Positions 9,713 to 18,434 of a stretch of DNA of 64,000 bases are shown here, piece by piece; the stretch's first letter is position 1; each line of letters begins with the position of its first letter. Source of the DNA: Roseibacillus sp. GTDB taxonomy: Bacteria; Verrucomicrobiota; Verrucomicrobiia; Verrucomicrobiales; Akkermansiaceae. The notes under the pieces were generated by a model. The model was not told where the DNA came from, searched no databases, and saw only the letters and a program-made list of their open reading frames with translations. The translations under genes were made by a program, and so were the position numbers. The stretch spans positions 32,001-96,000 of the forward strand of contig CBDEUM010000029.1 in assembly GCA_965242925.1 (NCBI GenBank), read 5' to 3'.

Positions 9713-10582
9713 ATGGAAATCGTGGTGACCGGTTGCACGGGACGACTCGGGCGCGCTTTGATCCGTGAGTGGCAGGGGGAGCACGTAGTGCATGGCCTGG
9801 GCCGGGAGGATCTTGATTTTGGTGTGCCCGCTGGGCTGGAGCGGAAGCTCGAGGGGCTGCACTTTGATGCTCTTGTGAACTGTGCGGCCATGGCGGACGT
9901 CGAGAGCTGTGAAAGCCAGTTGCGGCAGGCGCATCTGGTCAACGCCGAATCTCCCCGCGTGCTGGCGCGTGTGTGTGCCCGACGCGGCGCACGCCTCATC
10001 CACTTCAGCACGGACTACGTGCTTGATGGCGCCAGCGAGGGCCTCAAGGGCGAAGAAGCTGTGGTGTGGCCCCTCAATCACTACGCGCGAACCAAGCGGG
10101 CGGGGGAGGAAAGCGTCCTCGAAGAGAATCCGTCTGCGATTGTGGGGCGGGTCAGCTGGGTTTTTGGATCCGGGTCAGAAGGTATTGTCGAGTCCGTGTT
10201 CAGGAGGGCCCGTGGCGGCAAGGAGCTTCGGGCGGTGGACGACAAGTTTTCCAAGCCGACTTCGGTGCGGGAAATCGGCCGGATGGTAACGGCCCTCCTG
10301 GGCAGGCCGGATCTGGCGGGACTCTTTCACCTGACCCACTCCGGTGAGCCGGAGAGTTGGTGGTCGGTTGCGACCAAGGTCGTGCGCCTGGGGCATGAAG
10401 CGGGACTCCTGGAAAGTTGTCCGGAAGTTCAACCGGAAGCAATGGAGCGGATGGAGCGAATGAGAGTGGTGCGACCGGTTCATACCGCAATGGATCCTGC
10501 GCGGCTGCGCACCGATTTGCACTGGCGGGGGGTGAGCTGGGAGGAGGAGGCCCGGATAAGCCTGGAGGCTCTGTCGGGGTAG
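9713..10582 (+). CDS. rfbD: dTDP-4-dehydrorhamnose reductase
   Basis: VTGCTGRLG, NCAA, HFSTDYV and YARTK motifs. Confidence 0.9.
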   Translation: MEIVVTGCTGRLGRALIREWQGEHVVHGLGREDLDFGVPAGLERKLEGLHFDALVNCAAMADVESCESQLRQAHLVNAESPRVLARVCARRGARLIHFSTDYVLDGASEGLKGEEAVVWPLNHYARTKRAGEESVLEENPSAIVGRVSWVFGSGSEGIVESVFRRARGGKELRAVDDKFSKPTSVREIGRMVTALLGRPDLAGLFHLTHSGEPESWWSVATKVVRLGHEAGLLESCPEVQPEAMERMERMRVVRPVHTAMDPARLRTDLHWRGVSWEEEARISLEALSG

Positions 10583-10674
10583 GGGTTCGGAATGCGGTTC
10601 TTGGTCACCGAAAAGGCTCTTTTGGCGGTCGGAAATCCCATTGACCCACCGCAGGTCTGGTACACACTCCCATC

Positions 10675-11214
10675 ATGAAACGTGTAATCCAACCATTTCT
10701 GCTGGGGACGATGGGCGCACTGATCTCCTCCTGTGGGGGGTTGGCACTCTCGCGGGATTATGATTCCTCGAATAACCCACTGGACTCTCCTGGCAGTCAG
10801 GCCGATGCGATCAATGGCGGCCCACGCTACGCCCCGGGGAGCTATGTGGAAGTAACCGATGCCAATGCCGGTCTCTACCGGCGCTTTCCGAAAGGAGATA
10901 TGCAACCGTCCGCCAAGCTGGTTCCCGGTACGCAGCTCAAGGTGCTCAGTGAGAAAGGATCCTACGTGAAGGTTGAGACGGAGTCCGGGCAGATTGGGTA
11001 TGTTCCTGCCATCATGGTGAGTGACCGGGTGTCGGATTCAACCCTGGTTCCGCTGGAGGGGACCGCTGTTCCCCTGGCGCCAGTGGATCCCGCCGATCCG
11101 GAAAGTCTTCAGCCTCTGCCTCCTGCGGACGCCTCCTCATTCGTAGCGCCGGAACCGGAAGTGCCGCCGATCTCCGTGGAAAGGTCTGAGGCTCCGGTGC
11201 CGCCTGATGAGTAG
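10675..11214 (+). CDS. SH3b-domain lipoprotein with Pro-rich tail
   Basis: Lipobox ISS-C; GTQLKVLSEKGSYVKVETESGQIGYV resembles bacterial SH3. Confidence 0.75.
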   Translation: MKRVIQPFLLGTMGALISSCGGLALSRDYDSSNNPLDSPGSQADAINGGPRYAPGSYVEVTDANAGLYRRFPKGDMQPSAKLVPGTQLKVLSEKGSYVKVETESGQIGYVPAIMVSDRVSDSTLVPLEGTAVPLAPVDPADPESLQPLPPADASSFVAPEPEVPPISVERSEAPVPPDE

Positions 11215-11222
11215 CTCGTTTT

Positions 11223-11714
11223 TTAGAGATTTCGAAGGACCTCCTTGATGGCCTCGAAATTGGGCTGATCGGCCGGGTTGTCATTGACCTCGGCGTATTG
11301 GACCACACCTTCGCCATCGATCACGAAGGCAGAGCGCTTGGGCACTCCCCCCATGGGCAGGTTCTTGTCGGGCAGGAAGCTGTCGTAGGCCACACCCCAG
11401 GCCTTGGTCGCCTCGTGTTCGTAGTCGCTGAGAAGGGTGATGGCGATGCCCTCTTTTTCTGCCCAGGCAGCCTGCGCAAAGGGATTGTCACCACTTACGC
11501 AAAGAACCTGCACGCCCAGCTCTTCGTATTCGCTGATTCCCGCCGTAAGGCTGCATAATTCCGTCGTGCAGCCTCCGGTAAAGGCCATCGGGACAAAGAG
11601 CAGGAGCGTTGTCTTGCCCTTGGCCTGTTGGGAGAGGGTCACCAGCTCGGGGCCGTCGGAGCCGAGGGTCGTTAGGGTGAAATCGGGTGCGGAGTCGCCT
11701 GTCGTGATTGCCAT
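11223..11714 (-). CDS. Peroxiredoxin (AhpC/TSA family)
   Basis: APDFTL, PMAFTGGCTTELC (PxxxTxxC) and RSAFVID motifs. Confidence 0.9.
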   Translation of the reverse strand: MAITTGDSAPDFTLTTLGSDGPELVTLSQQAKGKTTLLLFVPMAFTGGCTTELCSLTAGISEYEELGVQVLCVSGDNPFAQAAWAEKEGIAITLLSDYEHEATKAWGVAYDSFLPDKNLPMGGVPKRSAFVIDGEGVVQYAEVNDNPADQPNFEAIKEVLRNL

Positions 11715-11809
11715 GGGTCGAATTCTAGTAATGAGCGGCGCGGCGTCAATTCCTCCTCTTGCAGGCGGCGAAATAGGGGGATGAAGGGGATTTCACTGGA
11801 TCGTGGTGG

Positions 11810-11950
11810 GAAAAGGGTGAAATAATAAGAATTATTAGCAAATTCACAACATACTTAAAATAAGTGTATTACAAGATACTAAGCAGGAAAAGTGTGAAAT
11901 TTTATTAAAAAGTTATAGCAAATTTACACAAACGTTGATAATCTTTGTCC
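11810..11950. promoter_or_regulatory. AT-rich divergent promoter region with an imperfect direct repeat
   Basis: Sharp AT enrichment. TAGCAAATT(C/T)ACA at 11836 and 11916, each preceded by GTGAAAT (11817, 11894). Confidence 0.6.
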
Positions 11951-12021
11951 GTCAATCAGGCAGGCCTTAGTCAGTCTGTCGGCCTCCACGGCCAACGCAC
12001 GACCACCCTTACCTCACCACC

Positions 12022-12471
12022 ATGAAAGGATTCGTCCTTAGCCTCACCCTGGCGTCTTTTGTCAGCGCCTCCCTACCTGCGGCCCTTCCTGTGGCTGCCT
12101 CTACCACTACCTCCTCCGTCGCTCCCCGCCCGGTCGCTACCAAGGCCGTGATTTCCGGATTGGAGGGCAAGGTCTTCGAGACCCTCCCGCCGGTTCTGGT
12201 CGAACTGAGCAACCTTCCCGCCGGCGCGGCGGTGTGGGTTGAGGTCAAGCGCGGGGCTCCCACCGACGATCGTCTTGCGGGGAAACCCGTTGAGTCGAAG
12301 TTCTACCTCCGCAAGGATCGAGTGGGCGTTCTCAGCGTGCCCGGCATCCACAAGGCCTGCCGCGCCGAAGGAACCTGGACGGTCAGTGTGCTTATGAGCG
12401 ATGCTCACGGCACGACCACCCTGAGCCGTGCCGCCTTCGTGCTGCAGTCCAAGCGCAAGCGCTATGCCTAG
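12022..12471 (+). CDS. Hypothetical exported protein (beta-rich)
   Basis: Signal peptide, Ser/Thr linker, alternating beta-strand pattern, basic C-terminus KRKRYA. Confidence 0.75.
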   Translation: MKGFVLSLTLASFVSASLPAALPVAASTTTSSVAPRPVATKAVISGLEGKVFETLPPVLVELSNLPAGAAVWVEVKRGAPTDDRLAGKPVESKFYLRKDRVGVLSVPGIHKACRAEGTWTVSVLMSDAHGTTTLSRAAFVLQSKRKRYA

Positions 12472-12633
12472 GAGGCCAAGATGAACCGGGTCGCCCGCTG
12501 CCTGCCACCACTGCCCCCTGCCTGCCTGTCAAGTTTGTCGTAATCGCTCTGCCCGAAGCCCTGCCTTGCCGTGATTTTCAAATCCTGCGAAGACTGAACC
12601 ACAGCCCAGCACAGTTTTCGCTCTATCAATAGG

Positions 12634-12670
12634 AGAGAGACCCAGGTTCTGCCCGGGTCTCTCTTTTTTT
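12634..12670 (+). terminator. Intrinsic terminator
   Basis: AGAGAGACCC (12634-12643) pairs with GGGTCTCTCT (12655-12664), followed by a T-run to 12670. Confidence 0.85.
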
Positions 12671-12737
12671 GCAGTGATGGAGTATTGTGGTGGTGGACTG
12701 TCCCACGGTGGTTTAGAGCGGATGGAGTTCATTTATC

Positions 12738-14009
12738 ATGCCGTGGGAGCTGTCAGAATTTGGCCAGGGGCTGTGCACCGGAAGCGGGATCGGTGAGTTA
12801 ATGGAAGATCTTGGAGCGGCTCTGACGGTGGGCGGGGAGCGCATCCGCATGCTCGGTGGGGGACAACCGGCACATATCCCGGAGATTGATGCCGTCTGGC
12901 GCCAGCGCATGAAGGAAATCATGGTGTCGGAGGGGGAGCTGGAGCGCATGCTGGGCGACTACGAGGGACCGGCTGGCAACCGTGGATTCCGGGCCGCCCT
13001 CGCGGGCCTCTTCAGCCGGGAATTCGGCTGGGAGCTGGGACCGGAGAACGTAGCGGTCACCGCGGGCGGTCAGACGGCCTTCTTCTTTCTCTTCAATTCG
13101 CTGGCTGGCCGCTTCGCCGATGGGCGGCGCAAGAAGATCCTTCTTCCACTCGTGCCGGAATACATTGGTTATGCCAGCCAGTCGGCCGGGGGAGAGCTTT
13201 TTCGTGGGGCAAAGCCCAGGCTCGAGATGATCGGCAATCACGAGTTCAAGTACCGGGTGGACTTCGATTCCCTGGAGATCGATGAAGAAGTGGCGGCCAT
13301 CTGCGTCTCGCGACCGACCAATCCGACCGGAAACGTGCTGACCGATAATGAGATCGGCCATCTTTCGGAATTGGCGGCGGAGCATGCGATTCCGTTGATC
13401 ATCGACAATGCCTATGGTGCGCCCTTTCCGAACATCATCTTCAGCGAGGCCACCCCGGTCTGGAATGAGAACATCATCCTCACCCAGAGTCTTTCCAAGA
13501 CAGGCCTGCCAGGCACCCGCACAGGAATCGTGATTGCGCGGGAGGAAGTGATCCGCTGGGTCACATCAATGACTTCCATTGTCGGTCTTTCCAACACCAA
13601 TGCAGGGCAGGCCATCATGCAGCCTCTGCTGGAGAACGGAGAGATTCTGCGGTTGAGCGACGAGGTGATACAGCCCTTCTACCGGATCAAGTCGGATCGG
13701 GCCCGGTCCCTGGTGGAGGAACACTTCGATCCCTCGCTTCCCTGGCGCGTTCACAAGCGGGAGGGCGCCCTTTTTCTCTGGCTCTGGTTTGAGGATCTGC
13801 CCATCACATCCCTCGAACTTTACGAACGCCTCAAGGCTCGTGATGTATTGGTGGTGCCGGGCAACTACTTCTTTTACGGTCTTGAAGATGGGCACTGGCC
13901 TCACCGGAACGAGTGCCTGCGCATCTCCTTCACCATGTCCGAGGAAGTGGTGGGGGAGGGGTTCCGCGTCATCGGCGAGGAAGTGAAGAAGGCCTACGAG
14001 GGCCGATAG
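12738..14009 (+). CDS. avtA: Valine--pyruvate transaminase
   Basis: SGIGELMEDL, LGGGQPA, PEYIGY, SRPTNPTGN, IIDNAYG, SLSKTGLPG and GALFLWLWF motifs. Confidence 0.9.
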   Translation: MPWELSEFGQGLCTGSGIGELMEDLGAALTVGGERIRMLGGGQPAHIPEIDAVWRQRMKEIMVSEGELERMLGDYEGPAGNRGFRAALAGLFSREFGWELGPENVAVTAGGQTAFFFLFNSLAGRFADGRRKKILLPLVPEYIGYASQSAGGELFRGAKPRLEMIGNHEFKYRVDFDSLEIDEEVAAICVSRPTNPTGNVLTDNEIGHLSELAAEHAIPLIIDNAYGAPFPNIIFSEATPVWNENIILTQSLSKTGLPGTRTGIVIAREEVIRWVTSMTSIVGLSNTNAGQAIMQPLLENGEILRLSDEVIQPFYRIKSDRARSLVEEHFDPSLPWRVHKREGALFLWLWFEDLPITSLELYERLKARDVLVVPGNYFFYGLEDGHWPHRNECLRISFTMSEEVVGEGFRVIGEEVKKAYEGR

Positions 14010-14046
14010 GCCAGGAGCAGGGCTTCCAACAAGGCGCGCCGCCCCA

Positions 14047-14928
14047 CTACATGCAATACTCCATGGCTCGCAGCTGCGGTTGTGGGCTGCTGCAAGCTGC
14101 GGGGGAGACGAGGGGCCCCCGGCGTGTCCTGTCGGCGTCCAGACGCTTCAGGAGATCCACGTGAAGTTTTTTTTCCCAGAGCAGGGCGGAATGGATGGGG
14201 GACCAGAAATGGACGTTGTCGCCCTGCTGCCACCTGGGGCTCTTGAGAGGGAGCATGACTACGTCGAGCGGACTGCGGTAGGAGGTGGTGGGAACCTCAA
14301 AGTCTTCATAGATGTGGCCACTCTTCTGCAGGGTTTCAAGGAAGGGGCTCTCCGGTCGCATTTGCCTGGCACCCCGGCCAGGATAGAGGTAGGCCAGATA
14401 GGTGCCGTTGTGTGGAGTGGCGATGGTGTAAAGTCCCTGGCAGCGTCTGGCACCATCCAACTCCTGCAGGTAATAGCGGGAGATCAGCCCTCCCATGCTG
14501 AAGGCCACGATGGAGAACTCGGCGTTCTGGCCCCACTCCGCCTCAATGAGATCGCGGAGTTGTCGTGCCATGGGCTCGAGGCCCTTGCGACCGTCCACCG
14601 GCTTGAGGGAGGGCTCGAGACATTCGTAACCGGCGGCCACAATGGCCTTGCGGAGTGGTTGCATGCCGATGCGGGTGTCAAAAATACCGTGCAGGAGAAC
14701 GACCTTACCCTTGGACACCGGGCTCGATTTGGTGGCGAGATGGTGCTCCGACTTGAAGGTGGCTCTGCTGCAGGAAATCATGAGGATCGCCAAGGTGAGG
14801 AGAAAGATGGGGAGGATGGGCTGCAGGGGTGTTCGCCTGCGACTGGCGGAGCGCCAGGGTGGTGTTTTCGGGTGGCCCTTTTTCGAGGAGGGTGCGCCGG
14901 GGAACGGGCTGGGGGAGAAGATCAGCAT
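14047..14928 (-). CDS. Small lipase/esterase, alpha/beta hydrolase (start uncertain; likely lipoprotein)
   Basis: VVLLHGI, AFSMGGL nucleophile elbow, IATPHNGT; lipobox-like MIS-C. Confidence 0.8.
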   Translation of the reverse strand: MLIFSPSPFPGAPSSKKGHPKTPPWRSASRRRTPLQPILPIFLLTLAILMISCSRATFKSEHHLATKSSPVSKGKVVLLHGIFDTRIGMQPLRKAIVAAGYECLEPSLKPVDGRKGLEPMARQLRDLIEAEWGQNAEFSIVAFSMGGLISRYYLQELDGARRCQGLYTIATPHNGTYLAYLYPGRGARQMRPESPFLETLQKSGHIYEDFEVPTTSYRSPLDVVMLPLKSPRWQQGDNVHFWSPIHSALLWEKKLHVDLLKRLDADRTRRGPLVSPAACSSPQPQLRAMEYCM

Positions 14929-15232
14929 GTCGGAAAGGCCGGAGGCCTCATAATAACGGAAGAACTTGTCGAACCATTCCCCCCTGTTGCGCGCCGGGTC
15001 CTGTCAGTGGTATCCGTGCGCAGTAGATGACGGGATCGAATTCGATGACCACGTGATCCTACCGGATTTATGGTTGCGGAGGGTATCGATAGTCTCAATC
15101 TGGACATCGAGGCAGTCGATCTACCAGGAATTCGGTATCCCGGGTGGAAATGGGTTTCCAGGGCGGTATTTTGCTGGACTGGACCCTAATCGTTGGCCCA
15201 GCGTCGCCCTTTCGATAACCATCACGTTCCCA

Positions 15233-15901
15233 ATGAAATCCTTGATTACCACTACCCTGATTGGCGCCTGCATTTCCGTCTCCGCTGCGGGGACTACCGG
15301 CAAGCAGACTGATTTCGAAGCAGCCAGGGAGCTGACCTTCGAGGAGAAGAAGGGCCTCCTCCTCGACCTCACCGGATCGAATCGGAAGCAGGGCTTCCTG
15401 CACGATGGCCCTGGGAGGGTGCCATTTTTCCTGGTTGCCCAGGATGAAGGCGAGGAACCGGAGAAGGAGAAGATCGCGGAAGAGGCGGGGAAGAAGGGCA
15501 AAGGCCCTGATGAGGGCGCTGCCAGGAAGGCTCTGGCCAGGACGCGGAAGGAACTTGAGACCGTGCAGAAAAAGATTGAGGGGGATCACGCCCTCTGGAC
15601 CCGTTCCGAGGAGCAGATGAAAGTGTCCCGGGAACGCCTGGCGCAACTGGAAGCTTCGGTCGCGAAGGAGCGCCTGCAGCTTGACAAGCTGCGCCAGTCA
15701 ATCGCGCGCATCGAACGGGAACATAACGACGATCACGACCGCGAAGAAGCGCTGGCTGCCGAGTTGGCCGGGCGCGAAAAGGCCCTCGCTGAATTCGAGG
15801 GCAAGCAGGACGAAATCACCAAGCTTGAAAAGAAGGCGGCCGAGTTGCGCCGACAAGCTGGGGAACTGCGCAAACGGGCCGAGGAACTTCGCGAGAAGTA
15901 G
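15233..15901 (+). CDS. Exported coiled-coil protein with a thioredoxin-like N-terminal remnant
   Basis: ATG at 15233, signal peptide, TDFEAARE...[11 protein letters not shown], then a long E/K/R-rich coiled coil. Confidence 0.7.
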   Translation: MKSLITTTLIGACISVSAAGTTGKQTDFEAARELTFEEKKGLLLDLTGSNRKQGFLHDGPGRVPFFLVAQDEGEEPEKEKIAEEAGKKGKGPDEGAARKALARTRKELETVQKKIEGDHALWTRSEEQMKVSRERLAQLEASVAKERLQLDKLRQSIARIEREHNDDHDREEALAAELAGREKALAEFEGKQDEITKLEKKAAELRRQAGELRKRAEELREK

Positions 15902-16044
15902 GGATCTGCCATCAGCGGGATCCGATTCCCTGTGCGGCCCCCGGTCCGGGCCGTTGCCGGTTGTTGCGGAGGTGGTGTTCAGCGATCCGGTCCGGGAACC
16001 CTGGATCCCTTATTACAGGGGCTGGACCAGTCCAAACGAACAAG

Positions 16045-16058
16045 TGTTCACCAGAACA
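16045..16058. promoter_or_regulatory. LexA (SOS) box, Verrucomicrobia type TGTTC-N4-GAACA
   Basis: TGTTCACCAGAACA has perfectly palindromic arms and lies 63 bp upstream of the recA ATG at 16122. Confidence 0.85.
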
Positions 16059-16121
16059 TATTTCTTCTTGCCACCGTTCCAGATGCCCGCTAATCTATCG
16101 GCATACCAAATCGAAATTGTC

Positions 16122-17258
16122 ATGAGTACTGTTACTGCTAAACCTAAGCCAATGGCCAACCAGAAAGCCTCCTCCTCCAAAGAGCAGATTTCGCCCTCCA
16201 AGTCGGCCGCCTCTCCCGCCTCTTCTTCTTCACCTGTCCGGGACAAGGCCGCCGAAAAAATGGCGGAAGCTCGTAAGAAGAATCTCGATCTTGCCATTTC
16301 CGCGATCCAGAAGGAATTCGGTGAGACCGCTATCATGCGGATGGGCGATAAGAATTGCATGGATGTCGCCGTCATCCCCACCGGAAACCTCCTCATCGAC
16401 CGCGCCCTCGGAGTGGGAGGGCTGCCCCGGGGTCGGATCGTCGAGATCTACGGACCGGAATCCTCCGGGAAGACCACCCTTACCCTGACCGCCATCGCCC
16501 AGGCTCAGCGCCGGGGCGGACTAGCCGCCTTCATCGACGTTGAACACGCGTTAGATCCGCAGTATGCCCGCAAACTAGGCGTGAACATTGATGACCTTCT
16601 GGTTTCGCAACCTTCTTCCGGGGAAGAGGCCCTGCAGATCTGTGAAGCACTGGTGCGTTCTAACGCCATTGATGTGGTGGTCCTCGATTCGGTGGCCGCC
16701 CTGGTCACCAAGCAGGAACTTGAAGGTGAGATCGGCGACGCCACGGTAGGCACCCAGGCCCGCCTCATGAGCGCGGCCATGCGGAAGTTGACAGCCCTGA
16801 TCTCGAAGGCACAGACGGTCTGCATCTTCACGAACCAGATTCGCGAAAAGATCGGGGTGATGTTCGGCAATCCGGAAACCACTCCCGGGGGCCGGGCCCT
16901 GAAATTTTTCTCCTCCATTCGCCTCGACATCCGCCGAATCGGCCAGATCAAGGCCACCGACGGTACGGTGCAGGGCAATCGCACCCGTATCAAAGTGGTG
17001 AAGAACAAAGTCGCGCCTCCCTTCACCGAGGCCGAATTCGATATCATGTATGATGAGGGAATTTCCTCGGTGGGTTCGCTCCTCGATCTGGCCCTCGAGT
17101 ACAATCTCATCCAGAAACGAGGAAGCTGGTTCAGCTACGACGGGGAACAACTGGCCCAGGGCCGGGATGGGGCAAAAGAAGCCCTCCGGGCCGATGAGAA
17201 GCTTTATGCAGAAATCGAAGAGAAGGTGAAGGAGCAGCTCAACGTCTCCACCAAATAG
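16122..17258 (+). CDS. recA: Recombinase RecA
   Basis: [56 protein letters not shown] and KNKVAPPF motifs. Confidence 0.99.
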   Translation: MSTVTAKPKPMANQKASSSKEQISPSKSAASPASSSSPVRDKAAEKMAEARKKNLDLAISAIQKEFGETAIMRMGDKNCMDVAVIPTGNLLIDRALGVGGLPRGRIVEIYGPESSGKTTLTLTAIAQAQRRGGLAAFIDVEHALDPQYARKLGVNIDDLLVSQPSSGEEALQICEALVRSNAIDVVVLDSVAALVTKQELEGEIGDATVGTQARLMSAAMRKLTALISKAQTVCIFTNQIREKIGVMFGNPETTPGGRALKFFSSIRLDIRRIGQIKATDGTVQGNRTRIKVVKNKVAPPFTEAEFDIMYDEGISSVGSLLDLALEYNLIQKRGSWFSYDGEQLAQGRDGAKEALRADEKLYAEIEEKVKEQLNVSTK

Positions 17259-17333
17259 GGGACTGGAGAAGAGGAGGAGGCCCCTCCAATCACCGGCTCG
17301 TAAGATACCGCCGACCAACCCAGTGCCGCCACC

Positions 17334-18272
17334 CTACTCCACGAAGATCCTGCTCGCCCGCCGACAGCAGTGGCGCCCTCCCGGGAGATTGATCTTGGAA
17401 GGGGAGGACCGATCCAAAAGAGTGAGGCAGCGGTCGATCAGATCGCGGGACAGGTCGGGAACCTCCGAGTCCAGCAGGTAGAGAAAGAGGGCTCGACGCT
17501 GCAAGGGGCCGGGAAGCATGCGCAACTTGGGCAGGAAGAGCCGTTCCTGGGGATCCACGAGGTCGAGAACCCCGAGAAGATCATCAAGCGCCTCCTGATC
17601 CTCTCGACTCGCCCGAGCGGCCCGGACGATCGCGGGCACTACATCGCGCCCCATGAGATCCTGAAGAAGCGGTAGCGCCTCGGCCCGGAGTCTGTTGCGC
17701 GCGGTAAAGGGATCTTTGTTACTCGCATCCTCCCGGTAGAGAATGCGGCCCTCCTCCAGGTAGGCATCAATCTCTCGGCGCCGGACCTCGAGGAGAGGAC
17801 GAAGCAAAGAGAGTTTTTTCCGATCCACCGTGAGATCGGATTGATATTTCATGCCCTTCAGTCCGGCCGAACCTCGCAGGAGGTTGAGGAGCACTGTCTC
17901 GGCATTGTCGTCCGCATGATGGGCGAGGAGCACGGTTGGACACCGGTGTTTGCGGGCACATTCCACAAAAAACTCGTGGCGGGCACGGCGGGCAGCCACC
18001 TCGATGGAGATCTTTTCTTCCTCGGCGCGACGCTGGACGTTTGCCCGGGCAATCTCAAAGGGTAATTCATGGAGTTCAGCCAACTCGCGGACAAAAGCTG
18101 CATCGTGGACGGAGAAAAGCCCGCGCAACTGGTGATTGAGATGACAGAGGACGAGCTTGTCGGCTCCTGCCTCGAGGAGGGCATGAAGCAGGGCCACCGA
18201 ATCGCGGCCCCCCGAGATTCCGAGCAAATAGCGACGGCGGGGCGCGAAGCGCGAATCGAGAGGCAACGGCAT
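17334..18272 (-). CDS. tilS: tRNA(Ile)-lysidine synthetase
   Basis: SGGRDS, HLNHQLR, AHHADDNAET, RPLL, DASN and RNRLR motifs. Confidence 0.95.
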   Translation of the reverse strand: MPLPLDSRFAPRRRYLLGISGGRDSVALLHALLEAGADKLVLCHLNHQLRGLFSVHDAAFVRELAELHELPFEIARANVQRRAEEEKISIEVAARRARHEFFVECARKHRCPTVLLAHHADDNAETVLLNLLRGSAGLKGMKYQSDLTVDRKKLSLLRPLLEVRRREIDAYLEEGRILYREDASNKDPFTARNRLRAEALPLLQDLMGRDVVPAIVRAARASREDQEALDDLLGVLDLVDPQERLFLPKLRMLPGPLQRRALFLYLLDSEVPDLSRDLIDRCLTLLDRSSPSKINLPGGRHCCRRASRIFVE

Positions 18273-18434
18273 CTTTTGCGGGTCCCAGCATAGGATGTTC
18301 CCGGCCCGCTTAGCAAGAAGGCAGGCAGAGGTGGCGGGAAGACAGCATATGCGTGGGCAGCGGGCTGATAACGAACGGTTTCACCATCAGGGCAGGGTTC
18401 ATTGTGCCCCGCGACCTGTGCCGGCACCGTTCTC

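Noticed and set aside
11810..11950. AT-rich repeats as a CRISPR leader/array or replication origin
   Set aside because: Only two imperfect copies, no spacer series, no cas genes, and no clear DnaA-box cluster.
15681..16121. 147-codon upstream extension of the recA ORF in the track
   Set aside because: Overlaps the upstream gene and contains the LexA box/promoter; not RecA-like.
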